DNA of 32,730 bases from the UHGV virus genome UHGV-0207305. One strand, 5' to 3'. A model generated the notes under the pieces. That model searched no databases. It saw only the letters and a list, made by a program, of their open reading frames with translations, and had not been told where the DNA came from. The DNA comes from a virus. The first letter of the stretch is position 1. Each line of letters begins with the position of its first letter. This document shows positions 1-8,068 of this stretch, one piece after another. Made by a program: the position numbers and the translations under genes.

Positions 1-37
1 GTGGTATTTTTATACCCATTTTCAGGAGGAAGGTATT

Positions 38-292
38 ATGAAACAGCTGTTATTTTTCCACGCAACCTGGTGCCCGCCCTGCCGGCGGGCCGAAAAGGAA
101 GTCATCAGTCCTTTGGAGCAGGAGGTAGGACCGGAGAAAATCCGGCGTATCAACGCCCAGGAGGCCCCTCAGACCGCCGAGAAATACCGGGTAACCAAGC
201 TGCCCACGGCCATCGTGGAGGAGGACGGGGAAATCCTGTGCCGAGCAGTGGGGAACCTCGACCGGGATACCCTGAAAAGGTTACTGGAATGA
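38..292 (+). CDS. Thioredoxin-family protein
   Basis: FHATWCPPCR active-site motif, cis-Pro loop (KLPT), DGE motif; AGGAGG RBS upstream. Confidence 0.88.
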   Translation: MKQLLFFHATWCPPCRRAEKEVISPLEQEVGPEKIRRINAQEAPQTAEKYRVTKLPTAIVEEDGEILCRAVGNLDRDTLKRLLE

Positions 293-591
293 TACGGGTG
301 GCTGAGAATGCCGCCGGAGTGGCCGTAACCGGCCATGCCGGGCACGGGCCTCCAGGGCAGGATATTGTCTGCGCTGCCGTTTCGGCGCTGGTGCAGACAT
401 TGGCTCTCTCTTTGGACCGGCTGGCCCCAGGAGAGACAGTGTGCTCCATGGAGCCGGGAAGCGCAACAATCCGCTATACATCCCTCAGCGAGAAGGGCAG
501 ACTGCTGGTCTGCTCTTTTTTTGTGGGAATAGAGGCTGTTGCGGCGGCTTATCCGAACAATGTGATCATGACCAGGCGGGGAAGTCAATAA
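289..591 (+). CDS. prp: Prp-family (DUF464) ribosomal-processing cysteine protease
   Basis: VTGHAG...QDIVCAAVSAL catalytic His/Cys motif; ATG at 289 overlaps the thioredoxin stop (ATGA). Confidence 0.88.
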   Translation: MIRVAENAAGVAVTGHAGHGPPGQDIVCAAVSALVQTLALSLDRLAPGETVCSMEPGSATIRYTSLSEKGRLLVCSFFVGIEAVAAAYPNNVIMTRRGSQ

Positions 592-670
592 AAGCTCCGG
601 ATAACGGCCAGGCGTGGAAGCCGATAAAAGCTACGGAAGTCTGTGCGTGACGACTATAAACAACGGAGGA
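569..670 (+). promoter_or_regulatory. Three tandem putative H-type RNA pseudoknots upstream of the scaffold gene
   Basis: Units 569-601, 605-637 and 638-666; all six differences between units 1 and 2 are compensatory; unit 3 overlaps the SD GGAGGA (665-670). Confidence 0.65.
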
Positions 671-677
671 GAACGAT

Positions 678-1274
678 ATGACTGAACTTTTGAACTTGCA
701 GCTCTTTGCCGAGGATGCGCCCGCTCAGGAGGCGGAGCCTCAGGAAGCCCCCAAGGGTGGGGATGACAAACCCGCAGAAAAGCCTTCTGCCAAATACACG
801 GATAAGGACGTGGACGAGATTTTGAACCGAAAATTTGCCGAATGGGCAAAGAAGCGGGATAGGGAAGTCTCGGAGGCTCAGAAGCTGGCGGAGATGGGAG
901 CTCAGGAGAAGGCCGAATACCAGCGGGACCAGCTTCAGAAGCAGCTGGATGAACTGACCAGAAAGGCCGCTCTGGCCGATATGGCAAAGGTGGCCCGCTC
1001 CATGCTGGAAGAGCAGGACGCGCCTGCGGATGACGCCCTGGTGGAACTGCTGATTTCCGATGACGCCGAACAGACCAAAAATGCTGTGGAGGCCTTTTCC
1101 AAAGCGTTCCACGCTGCTGTGGATGCGGCTGTTAAGGATAAGCTGCGGGGTGCGCCTCCGAAACGGGGTGGTGCATCCGGCATTACTCGGGAGCAGATTC
1201 TGGCGGTGAAGAACCGGGCAGAGCGGCAGCGGCTCATTAACGAAAATATGGACCTTTTTAAAGGAGGAAATTGA
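678..1274 (+). CDS. Capsid scaffolding protein (DUF4355-like)
   Basis: N-terminal LNLQLFA motif, acidic linker, YTDKDVDEIL, coiled coil; lies immediately before the major capsid gene. Confidence 0.88.
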   Translation: MTELLNLQLFAEDAPAQEAEPQEAPKGGDDKPAEKPSAKYTDKDVDEILNRKFAEWAKKRDREVSEAQKLAEMGAQEKAEYQRDQLQKQLDELTRKAALADMAKVARSMLEEQDAPADDALVELLISDDAEQTKNAVEAFSKAFHAAVDAAVKDKLRGAPPKRGGASGITREQILAVKNRAERQRLINENMDLFKGGN

Positions 1275-1277
1275 CAC

Positions 1278-2168
1278 ATGACCAACAAAATGAACCTGCA
1301 GCTCTTTGCTGCAGCGACCAACACCACTGTGGCGGCAGACCTGGAGCCGGCCATTTCCGTGGATTTTACCAGCCGGATTTCCCAGAACATCGACGAACTG
1401 CGCCGGGTGCTGGGCATTTCGGAGCTGGTGCCCATGAGCGCCGGCACGGACATCAAGATTTACAAAATCTCCAAGAAGAACTCCCCCGCGCAGGTGGGTG
1501 AGGGCGAAAACATCAACCTGACGGAGATTGAGCGGAAGCTGGTCAGGACCATCACCCTTGATCTGAACAAGTACCGGAAGAATACCACTGCCGAGGCCAT
1601 CCAGAAGGTGGGGCGCAGTATCGCCATCAACCAGACAGATGAAAAGCTGATTGCTGAAATCCAGAAGGATATCAAAAAGGCTTTTTACACCGCTCTGGCA
1701 ACCGGCACCGGTACTGCTACCGGCACCACCCTGCAGGTGACCCTGGCCAATCTCTGGGCCAAGCTGCAGAGCTACTATGAGGATATGGATGTAACCCCCA
1801 TTTTCTTCGTCAATCCCCAGGATGTGGCGGATTATCTGGGCACCGCGCAGATCACCATGCAGACGGCTTTCGGCTTCACTTATATCGAGAATTTCCTGGG
1901 CCTGGGCACTGTTGTGGTGACGCCCCAGGTGGCGGCCAAAACGGTATATGCTACGGCACAGGAGAACCTCAACGGCGCATATGCTCCGGTTTCCGGTGAT
2001 GTGGGCCAGACCTTCGGCCTGACCGCCGATGCCACCGGTCTTCTGGGCATGACCCACCAGATGAAGTCCGACAATGCCACCATCGACACCCTGGTACTGT
2101 CCAACGTGGTGTTTTATCCGGAGTTCGCGGATGGTATTTTCAAGGGGACTATCTCGGGGGAATCCTGA
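1278..2168 (+). CDS. Major capsid protein
   Basis: Position after scaffold, MNLQLFA N-terminus, KYRKNTTAEAIQK segment typical of Firmicutes siphophage capsids; AAAGGAGG RBS. Confidence 0.9.
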   Translation: MTNKMNLQLFAAATNTTVAADLEPAISVDFTSRISQNIDELRRVLGISELVPMSAGTDIKIYKISKKNSPAQVGEGENINLTEIERKLVRTITLDLNKYRKNTTAEAIQKVGRSIAINQTDEKLIAEIQKDIKKAFYTALATGTGTATGTTLQVTLANLWAKLQSYYEDMDVTPIFFVNPQDVADYLGTAQITMQTAFGFTYIENFLGLGTVVVTPQVAAKTVYATAQENLNGAYAPVSGDVGQTFGLTADATGLLGMTHQMKSDNATIDTLVLSNVVFYPEFADGIFKGTISGES

Positions 2169-2443
2169 CCCCGCTTGAGAGCGTAACCATCGGTGGCACG
2201 GCTCAAGTGGGGCAAACCTTAACAGCCGTCATTGCGCCCAGCGGGGCGACGGCAACCTATCAATGGAAATCGGCAGACACAGAGGGCGGCAGCTATACCA
2301 ATATCGACAGCGCCACGACGGCTTCCTATGAGCTGACGGCCAGCGAGAGCGGCAAATACATCAAGGTAGAAGCCAAAGGCACTGGGAAGTATAGCGGTAC
2401 TGTACTCAGCACCGCCACTGCTGCTGTAACGGCTGCTGGCTAA
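2159..2443 (+). CDS. Ig-like C-terminal capsid extension reached by a predicted -1 frameshift
   Basis: The -1 frame is open from G GGG GAA (2156-2162): SVTIGGTAQVGQTLTA..YQW..YELT..GKYIKVEA; no clear RBS before GTG 2207. Confidence 0.72.
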   Translation, partial: GILTPLESVTIGGTAQVGQTLTAVIAPSGATATYQWKSADTEGGSYTNIDSATTASYELTASESGKYIKVEAKGTGKYSGTVLSTATAAVTAAG

Positions 2444-2457
2444 GGAGGGCTGCAAGC

Positions 2458-2787
2458 GTGGAACTAATAGAGCGGGTGCAGCTGCGGCTGCAAGGAGAAA
2501 ACCCGGATACAGCTCTTTTGCAGGAACTGATTTTCACCGCCTCTGACCGCCTGTGTATCCGTCTGGGAGAGGATTCCCTGCCAGCCTTATTCGAGTCTAT
2601 CTGTGTGGACGCGGTGGTCAAGATGTATCGCCGGATGTACTACGAGGGGATTTCTTCGGAGAACGGCGGGAACCTGTCCACCTCCTTTGTGGAGGACGTT
2701 TTGAACGAGTACGCAGAGGAGATTGAGGGATGGAACAGTCGGAAAGCCAACACCTCCGGCAGCGGGAAGGTGGTGCATTTCCTGTGA
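2458..2787 (+). CDS. Head-tail connector protein (gp6/gp15-like)
   Basis: Synteny after capsid, helical N-terminus, YEGISSE...SF motif; AAGGAGG RBS with GTG start. Confidence 0.8.
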   Translation: MELIERVQLRLQGENPDTALLQELIFTASDRLCIRLGEDSLPALFESICVDAVVKMYRRMYYEGISSENGGNLSTSFVEDVLNEYAEEIEGWNSRKANTSGSGKVVHFL

Positions 2788-3092
2788 TATGGAAGCCTGC
2801 GACGGCCATTCTTCGCCGTGAAACCGGGAAGGACACCCTGGGGAACCCTCTGTATGAGGAATCCCCGGGGGCCTCTTTTCCCGCTCGCTTTACCCCTTGG
2901 GACAACCAGGAGATTGCCCTGGAGGGCAGGGAGATAACCCGCAATAGCCGCAAGCTGCTGGTACGCGTGACCCGGAAGAGGTTTCCGGCCTGCGAAAAGG
3001 TCAGCTTTGACGGCGGGATGTATACAATTTCCCAGATTACAGACCTCTATCCCCGTTTTACCCTGCTCTATGTGACAGAATACAAGGGGTGA
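2784..3092 (+). CDS. Head closure / head-tail adaptor protein
   Basis: GKDTLGNPLY motif and synteny; GTG 2784 overlaps the upstream TGA. Confidence 0.7.
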   Translation: MIWKPATAILRRETGKDTLGNPLYEESPGASFPARFTPWDNQEIALEGREITRNSRKLLVRVTRKRFPACEKVSFDGGMYTISQITDLYPRFTLLYVTEYKG

Positions 3093-3096
3093 GAAA

Positions 3097-3480
3097 ATGG
3101 CGAAAGGAATGTCTGTGTCGGTCTCCGGCACAAAAGGCCTGGAACAGAAACTGCAGCGCATGAATCAGGTACGATTTGATGCAGTTGTCGAAAAGCAGTC
3201 CGTCCAGATGGTAGACCGGGCAACAGCCAGCCATAACCCCTCCCAAGGCGGTACGCCTTACGAGACCGGTGAAATGCTGCAGAGTGTGCAGCGGGCCGGG
3301 AGCGGGGGCAGCGCCGAAGTGGGATATACCAAAGAATACGCCCCTCATGTGGAGTATGGCCATCGTACCGAAAACGGCGGTTGGGTTCCGGGACAACACT
3401 TCTTACAAAAGAATGTAGAAATCCAGCGGCCTATCTTTCAACAGGATTTGTTGGAAGCCGTTGAAAAGGAGAAAGGGTGA
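3097..3480 (+). CDS. HK97 gp10-like tail completion protein
   Basis: TPYETGEM, YAPHVEYGH and WVPGQHFL motifs. Confidence 0.85.
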   Translation: MAKGMSVSVSGTKGLEQKLQRMNQVRFDAVVEKQSVQMVDRATASHNPSQGGTPYETGEMLQSVQRAGSGGSAEVGYTKEYAPHVEYGHRTENGGWVPGQHFLQKNVEIQRPIFQQDLLEAVEKEKG

Positions 3481-3483
3481 GCC

Positions 3484-3894
3484 ATGTATAAACAATTGGG
3501 GTTAGTAGACCTGATTCATGGGATTCAGGCCAAAGTAGAAGAGAAAACAGGGGTAAAGTGCTATGACGCGGTACCGCGAAATGCACCGAGCCCCTTTTAT
3601 TTTGCCGAGGTTATCGGCAAGCGCCCGGCGCACACAAAGACCATGTATCGGGATGTGTACACCGTCTGGATTCACGCCATAGCCCAGCCTGGGGATTCTT
3701 CCGTGCAAATTTATGAGATGATCCAGCAACTTGAGGAAACTCTGACAGAGGACATCTCCCTGCCGGAGGGCTTCGAGTTGATTCTGCAGACCAGCAATGG
3801 CGTACAGACCATCAAGACGGACGAGACCAACGAGAAGCACGCGGTGCTCTCCTTTGAATTTACCGTGTGTTATGGGTTTAAGTGCAAAATATGA
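3484..3894 (+). CDS. Tail terminator protein (SPP1 gp17-like)
   Basis: YDAVP..APSPFY motif; synteny before the tail tube gene. Confidence 0.75.
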   Translation: MYKQLGLVDLIHGIQAKVEEKTGVKCYDAVPRNAPSPFYFAEVIGKRPAHTKTMYRDVYTVWIHAIAQPGDSSVQIYEMIQQLEETLTEDISLPEGFELILQTSNGVQTIKTDETNEKHAVLSFEFTVCYGFKCKI

Positions 3895-3898
3895 AAGG

Positions 3899-4714
3899 AT
3901 GAAGGATTTGGAAAAAATGAACCTGCAGCTTTTCGCGTTTGATAATAACGCATACTGTGATTTTACCAGCTCTGCCGCCAAGGCTCTGGCCGGCAAGGAT
4001 ATCCTGCTGGCTATCTACAACACGGATGGCTCGAAACTGCTGGCCATCAGCGGACAGCAGGGCCTGACCATCAACCGGTCGGCGGACTCCATTGAGATTA
4101 CCTCCAAGGATACCGCTGGCGGCTGGAAGTCCAAGATTGCCGGCATGAAGGAATGGAGTATTGACAACGATGGCCTGTATGTTCCCGGCGATGAAAGCCA
4201 CACGTTGCTGTCCGCTGCGTTTGAAAACTCCGAGCCTATTTGCCTGAAGGTAATCAACGGCAAGACTAAGGTAGGAATGTTCGGCGGCCTGGCCGTCATT
4301 ACGGATTACCCCCTGGAAGCGCCTTACGATGACGCCATGACTTACAGCCTCTCCCTGGAAGGCATGGGAGCTCTGACGGATTTGCTGGCGGAACCGGTTG
4401 ACCCGGACACCATGCCGGAAGGGAGCACCGCCCTGGCCCCGCTGACTGTGGTATCTGTAGAGGGCTCCACGAACGGCCAGACCAATGTGTACGTAAACCC
4501 GGTGAAGTCCGGCAGCAATAAGTATTACTACAAGACCGGCGTAGCTCCCCTGGCATACCCCGCTTATAACGAGGTGGTTTCCTCCACTTCCTGGGATGGC
4601 AGCGCAGGGATTACAGCAACAACCGGCCAGCAGATTATGATTATTGAGACGGACAGCAGCAACAAGGCTTTGAAAGCGGGCGTGGCCACGGTCACCGCTA
4701 AGGCCGGAGCGTAA
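3899..4714 (+). CDS. Major tail (tube) protein, TP901-1 family, with a C-terminal beta-rich accessory domain
   Basis: AGKDILL, IEITSKD..GW, EWSIDNDG and YSLSLEGMGAL motifs; N-terminal MNLQLFA; start could also be TTG 3908 or ATG 3917. Confidence 0.88.
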   Translation: MKDLEKMNLQLFAFDNNAYCDFTSSAAKALAGKDILLAIYNTDGSKLLAISGQQGLTINRSADSIEITSKDTAGGWKSKIAGMKEWSIDNDGLYVPGDESHTLLSAAFENSEPICLKVINGKTKVGMFGGLAVITDYPLEAPYDDAMTYSLSLEGMGALTDLLAEPVDPDTMPEGSTALAPLTVVSVEGSTNGQTNVYVNPVKSGSNKYYYKTGVAPLAYPAYNEVVSSTSWDGSAGITATTGQQIMIIETDSSNKALKAGVATVTAKAGA

Positions 4715-4725
4715 GGAGGCATTTT

Positions 4726-5034
4726 ATGATCGAATTCAACGACAAAAGCTATGTGCTGAAATACAATATCAACCGGATCGAGATGATCGAGAATGCCACC
4801 GGGAAGCCTATCCTGGCGGAATTCAGCCAGAACCGGGGTATGCTGAGCATTTCCTCCTTGAAGTCCTATTTTGCCTATGGTCTGAAGGAAGAAGGCTCTG
4901 ATATCTTCGTGGCCACCAAAAAAGCCATGGAGATTGCGGGGCAGCTTATTGAAGCGGAGGGCTATGCCGCAGTGTGCGGCTTGGTGGTAGAGGCTATTGA
5001 AAGGGACTGCCCTTTTTTCTTCCAAGGCAGTTAA
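4726..5034 (+). CDS. Tail assembly chaperone (gpG-like)
   Basis: Between tail tube and tape measure genes; ends in a slippery CCCTTTTTTC run. Confidence 0.8.
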   Translation: MIEFNDKSYVLKYNINRIEMIENATGKPILAEFSQNRGMLSISSLKSYFAYGLKEEGSDIFVATKKAMEIAGQLIEAEGYAAVCGLVVEAIERDCPFFFQGS

Positions 5035-5456
5035 TTGAGCTGGAGTATCTCCGCAGCGACGAACCGGAAGACCCCCAATATGCAGAAATGGCGAAGCCAT
5101 ATCAGCGGGATATGGACTTCGCTTTTTTTGCGGCCAATTTTGGCTATTCCAAGGCGGATTACGATGCCCTGACGCCCCGGGAAATCAACTTCCTTTATAA
5201 AGCCTGGGAAAATAGAGTGATCGCAGACAGCTATCACCTATACAACGCGGTTTTCACGGCGGTCTATAATGTCAACCGCCCCAAGCGCAAACGGGCGCTA
5301 AAGCTGTGGAAAAAGCGCAGCACCCAGAAGGCAAACATGGAAGTCGTCCAGGAAAATCTATCTATTATCCGTGAAGTGGAGAAAAAAGAAGGAAACGGCT
5401 GGGTCAGGAAAATCTATGCGGCCAATCATATGAGATTTCCGGGGAAGGAGGGATAG
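5013..5456 (+). CDS. Tail assembly chaperone frameshift extension (gpT-like)
   Basis: The -1 frame is open from 5013 to 5456 and includes YDALTPRE; ends just before the tape measure gene. Confidence 0.75.
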   Translation, partial: FFLPRQLIELEYLRSDEPEDPQYAEMAKPYQRDMDFAFFAANFGYSKADYDALTPREINFLYKAWENRVIADSYHLYNAVFTAVYNVNRPKRKRALKLWKKRSTQKANMEVVQENLSIIREVEKKEGNGWVRKIYAANHMRFPGKEG

Positions 5457-5457
5457 A

Positions 5458-8067
5458 ATGCCGGATTATACCCTGTCGGCTAAAATTACAGGTGACAGCT
5501 CCGGGTTTGAAAAGGCGTTTTCTTCGGCCCAGAAGGCGGCGCAAAATTTTGAAAAGGTAATGAGCACCGTTGGAAAAAAGGTATCTGATATCGGGCAAAA
5601 AATGCAGGATGCGGGTTCAAAATTGACCGGCGTGACCACCGCGTTTGCCGGGGTAGCGGCTATAGGTGTAAAGTACAACGCCTCCATGGAGACTTATTCT
5701 ACCAGTTTTGAAACGATGACTGGCAGCGCGGAAAAAGCGGCCGAAATCATGCAGCAGTTGCAAAAGATCGGAGCCGAAACGCCTTTTGAATTCGAGGATT
5801 TGGCGAAAACCACAAATACGCTGATGCAGTTCGGGTTTACCGCTGATGAAGCTATCGAAAGTATGCAGATGCTGGGAGACATTTCCCAGGGGTCTGCGCA
5901 GAAGATGGACAGCATCACCCGGGCTTTTGGCAAAATGTCTTCTTCCGGAAAAGTGTCTTTGGAAGACATCAATATGATGATCGATGCAGGGTTTAACCCT
6001 TTGCAGGAAATCAGCCAAACCACTGGGGAAAGCATGGCGGACCTATACGCGCGTATCAGCGACGGCGCAATGTCGGTAGACGAGATCACGGCCAGTATGC
6101 AGCGCGCGACTTCGGAAGGCGGTATGTACTTCCAATCCATGGATAAGCAGTCCCAAACCTTTTCTGGGCAGCTTTCCACTTTGAGCGACAACGCCCAGAG
6201 CTTTCTCGGGAATATCACCAGCGGAATTTTTGAAAAATTGGCGCAGGATATTTTACCTAAAATCAATGAAACTGTTTCGTTGCTCAACGATGCATTTGAA
6301 TCCGAAGGGTTAAACGGCGTAATGGGTGTGCTGCAAAGTATGGTCCCGCAGTTAGAGCCTGTATTGGATTTCATAGATGCATTGCGTGAAAAACTTAATG
6401 ACTTGGGAATTGACCCCACGATGTTTGCCGGAGCTATAGCCGCAGCCGGGCCTATGTTGGTTATTTTTGGAAAAATAACGTCTCTTACTGGCAGTACCAT
6501 AGGAGGAATCACATCAATAACGCAGGGGATTGGTCAATTTGCAGCCAACATGCGGCTGGCTGGCAGCAGTGGTACTGTTCTGAGTGGTGTTTTGGCGACA
6601 ATTAGTTCACCAGTTGGAATTTTGGTAATCGCTATCACTGCGGCAGCAGCAGCTTTCGCTTATCTGATGGCCACCAACGATGAGTTTCGGACATCGATTC
6701 TGGATACATTTTCTGAAATATCTGCATCTTTAATGCCTGTTATTGAGGAGATTGGCTTTGCGTTCATGAGCCTTGGAAAGACACTTTTTTCCGCAATAGG
6801 TTCAGTTTTGCAAGCGATAGCTCCTGCTGTTGCTCAGTTGGTAGAGGTTGTCGGTCAACTCCTAGTAGCGATCATGCCCGTTATTTCGCAGCTTGTAACA
6901 CTATTAGTGCCTGTTTTGGAACAGGTTATTCTTTTGGCTGCACAAATTGTTATAGCACTTATACCGATTGTAACTACTTTAATTTCTCAGCTGGTACCGG
7001 TGATTCAGCAAATCTTAGCTTTGGCTATGCAAGTCATTTCGGCAGTCATGCCACTGATCATCAGCCTAATCAATCAACTGATACCCTTTATTTCAGAAAT
7101 TGTATCATTGGTCGGAAATTTACTTGCAGCAGTTGTTCCGTTAATTACTCAGTTGATATCTCAGTTGGTGCCGGTAATCTCGGAAATTATTTCAGCTGTT
7201 TCAGAGATTATTTCTACCCTTCTGCCACCGTTAATTTCTATTATTGAAGCGATTATGAGCGTTGTAGAAGCGCTGATGCCGCCGATTATGGAAATTATCG
7301 ATGTAGTTGTAGAAGTGATTTCAACTGCTATTGATACAATTTCTCCGATTATTGCATTTATTACAGAAATCATCCAGAAAATTATTGACATTATTTCTCC
7401 CATCGTCCAGTTTATTTCAGAAATTATTGCTCGGATTGTTTCCTTTGTGGCTCCACTAATTGAAACTTTTGCCGGAATATTTGGTTCGATTTTCAACGTT
7501 GTGTCAAAAATCATGAGCAATATTGGTGAGTTCATTGGCGGAATATTCGAAGGCGTAAAAAAGGCGTGGGATGGTCTTACAGGATTTGTTTCCGGTGTAA
7601 TTGATGGGATTTCCAGCGCTTTTGATACAGTAGTTGGGACGATTAAGAGCATCTTTAATGTTGTGATTGGTGCTATTAACGGCGCAATCTGGACGATCAA
7701 CCTGATCCCGGGCGTGCATATCGACGAAATGCCCTATTTGCTCCATGGTACTGATGATTGGAAAGGCGGCTTTGCTCGTATGAATGAAGGCGGCAGGGGA
7801 GAACTTACATACCTTCCTGACGGTACACAGGTGATTCCCCACGATATCAGCGTGAAATATGCCAAGGAAGCCGCAAGAGCCAATGTACAGCAGGCAGAAT
7901 CAGCGGTATTCATGATTGATTATGACCGACTGGCGGCGGCTATGACAAAAGTGCATCTGACACCAGTGGTAGCATTGGACGGAGAAAGAGTCAGCCGCAG
8001 CTTGAGTCCTTATGCAGATGCAGAGATGGGGGATAGAGCCCGACAAACAGCAAGGGGGATGATCTGA
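5458..8067 (+). CDS. Tape measure protein
   Basis: 869 aa, N-terminal tape-measure domain (AETPFE..., GKVSLEDIN), Pro-punctuated amphipathic repeats, C-terminal NEGGRGEL motif. Confidence 0.92.
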   Translation: MPDYTLSAKITGDSSGFEKAFSSAQKAAQNFEKVMSTVGKKVSDIGQKMQDAGSKLTGVTTAFAGVAAIGVKYNASMETYSTSFETMTGSAEKAAEIMQQLQKIGAETPFEFEDLAKTTNTLMQFGFTADEAIESMQMLGDISQGSAQKMDSITRAFGKMSSSGKVSLEDINMMIDAGFNPLQEISQTTGESMADLYARISDGAMSVDEITASMQRATSEGGMYFQSMDKQSQTFSGQLSTLSDNAQSFLGNITSGIFEKLAQDILPKINETVSLLNDAFESEGLNGVMGVLQSMVPQLEPVLDFIDALREKLNDLGIDPTMFAGAIAAAGPMLVIFGKITSLTGSTIGGITSITQGIGQFAANMRLAGSSGTVLSGVLATISSPVGILVIAITAAAAAFAYLMATNDEFRTSILDTFSEISASLMPVIEEIGFAFMSLGKTLFSAIGSVLQAIAPAVAQLVEVVGQLLVAIMPVISQLVTLLVPVLEQVILLAAQIVIALIPIVTTLISQLVPVIQQILALAMQVISAVMPLIISLINQLIPFISEIVSLVGNLLAAVVPLITQLISQLVPVISEIISAVSEIISTLLPPLISIIEAIMSVVEALMPPIMEIIDVVVEVISTAIDTISPIIAFITEIIQKIIDIISPIVQFISEIIARIVSFVAPLIETFAGIFGSIFNVVSKIMSNIGEFIGGIFEGVKKAWDGLTGFVSGVIDGISSAFDTVVGTIKSIFNVVIGAINGAIWTINLIPGVHIDEMPYLLHGTDDWKGGFARMNEGGRGELTYLPDGTQVIPHDISVKYAKEAARANVQQAESAVFMIDYDRLAAAMTKVHLTPVVALDGERVSRSLSPYADAEMGDRARQTARGMI

Positions 8068-8068
8068 T

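Noticed and set aside
1..288. N-terminal extension of ORF 1..591
   Set aside because: It overlaps the thioredoxin gene in another frame; Prp similarity starts at ATG 289 with ATGA coupling.
654..2057. 467-aa minus-strand ORF
   Set aside because: Antisense shadow of the scaffold and capsid genes caused by codon bias; no recognisable motifs.
2163..2178. +1 frameshift at TCC TGA at the capsid end
   Set aside because: The +1 frame stops at TGA 2176; only the -1 frame reaches the Ig-like domain.
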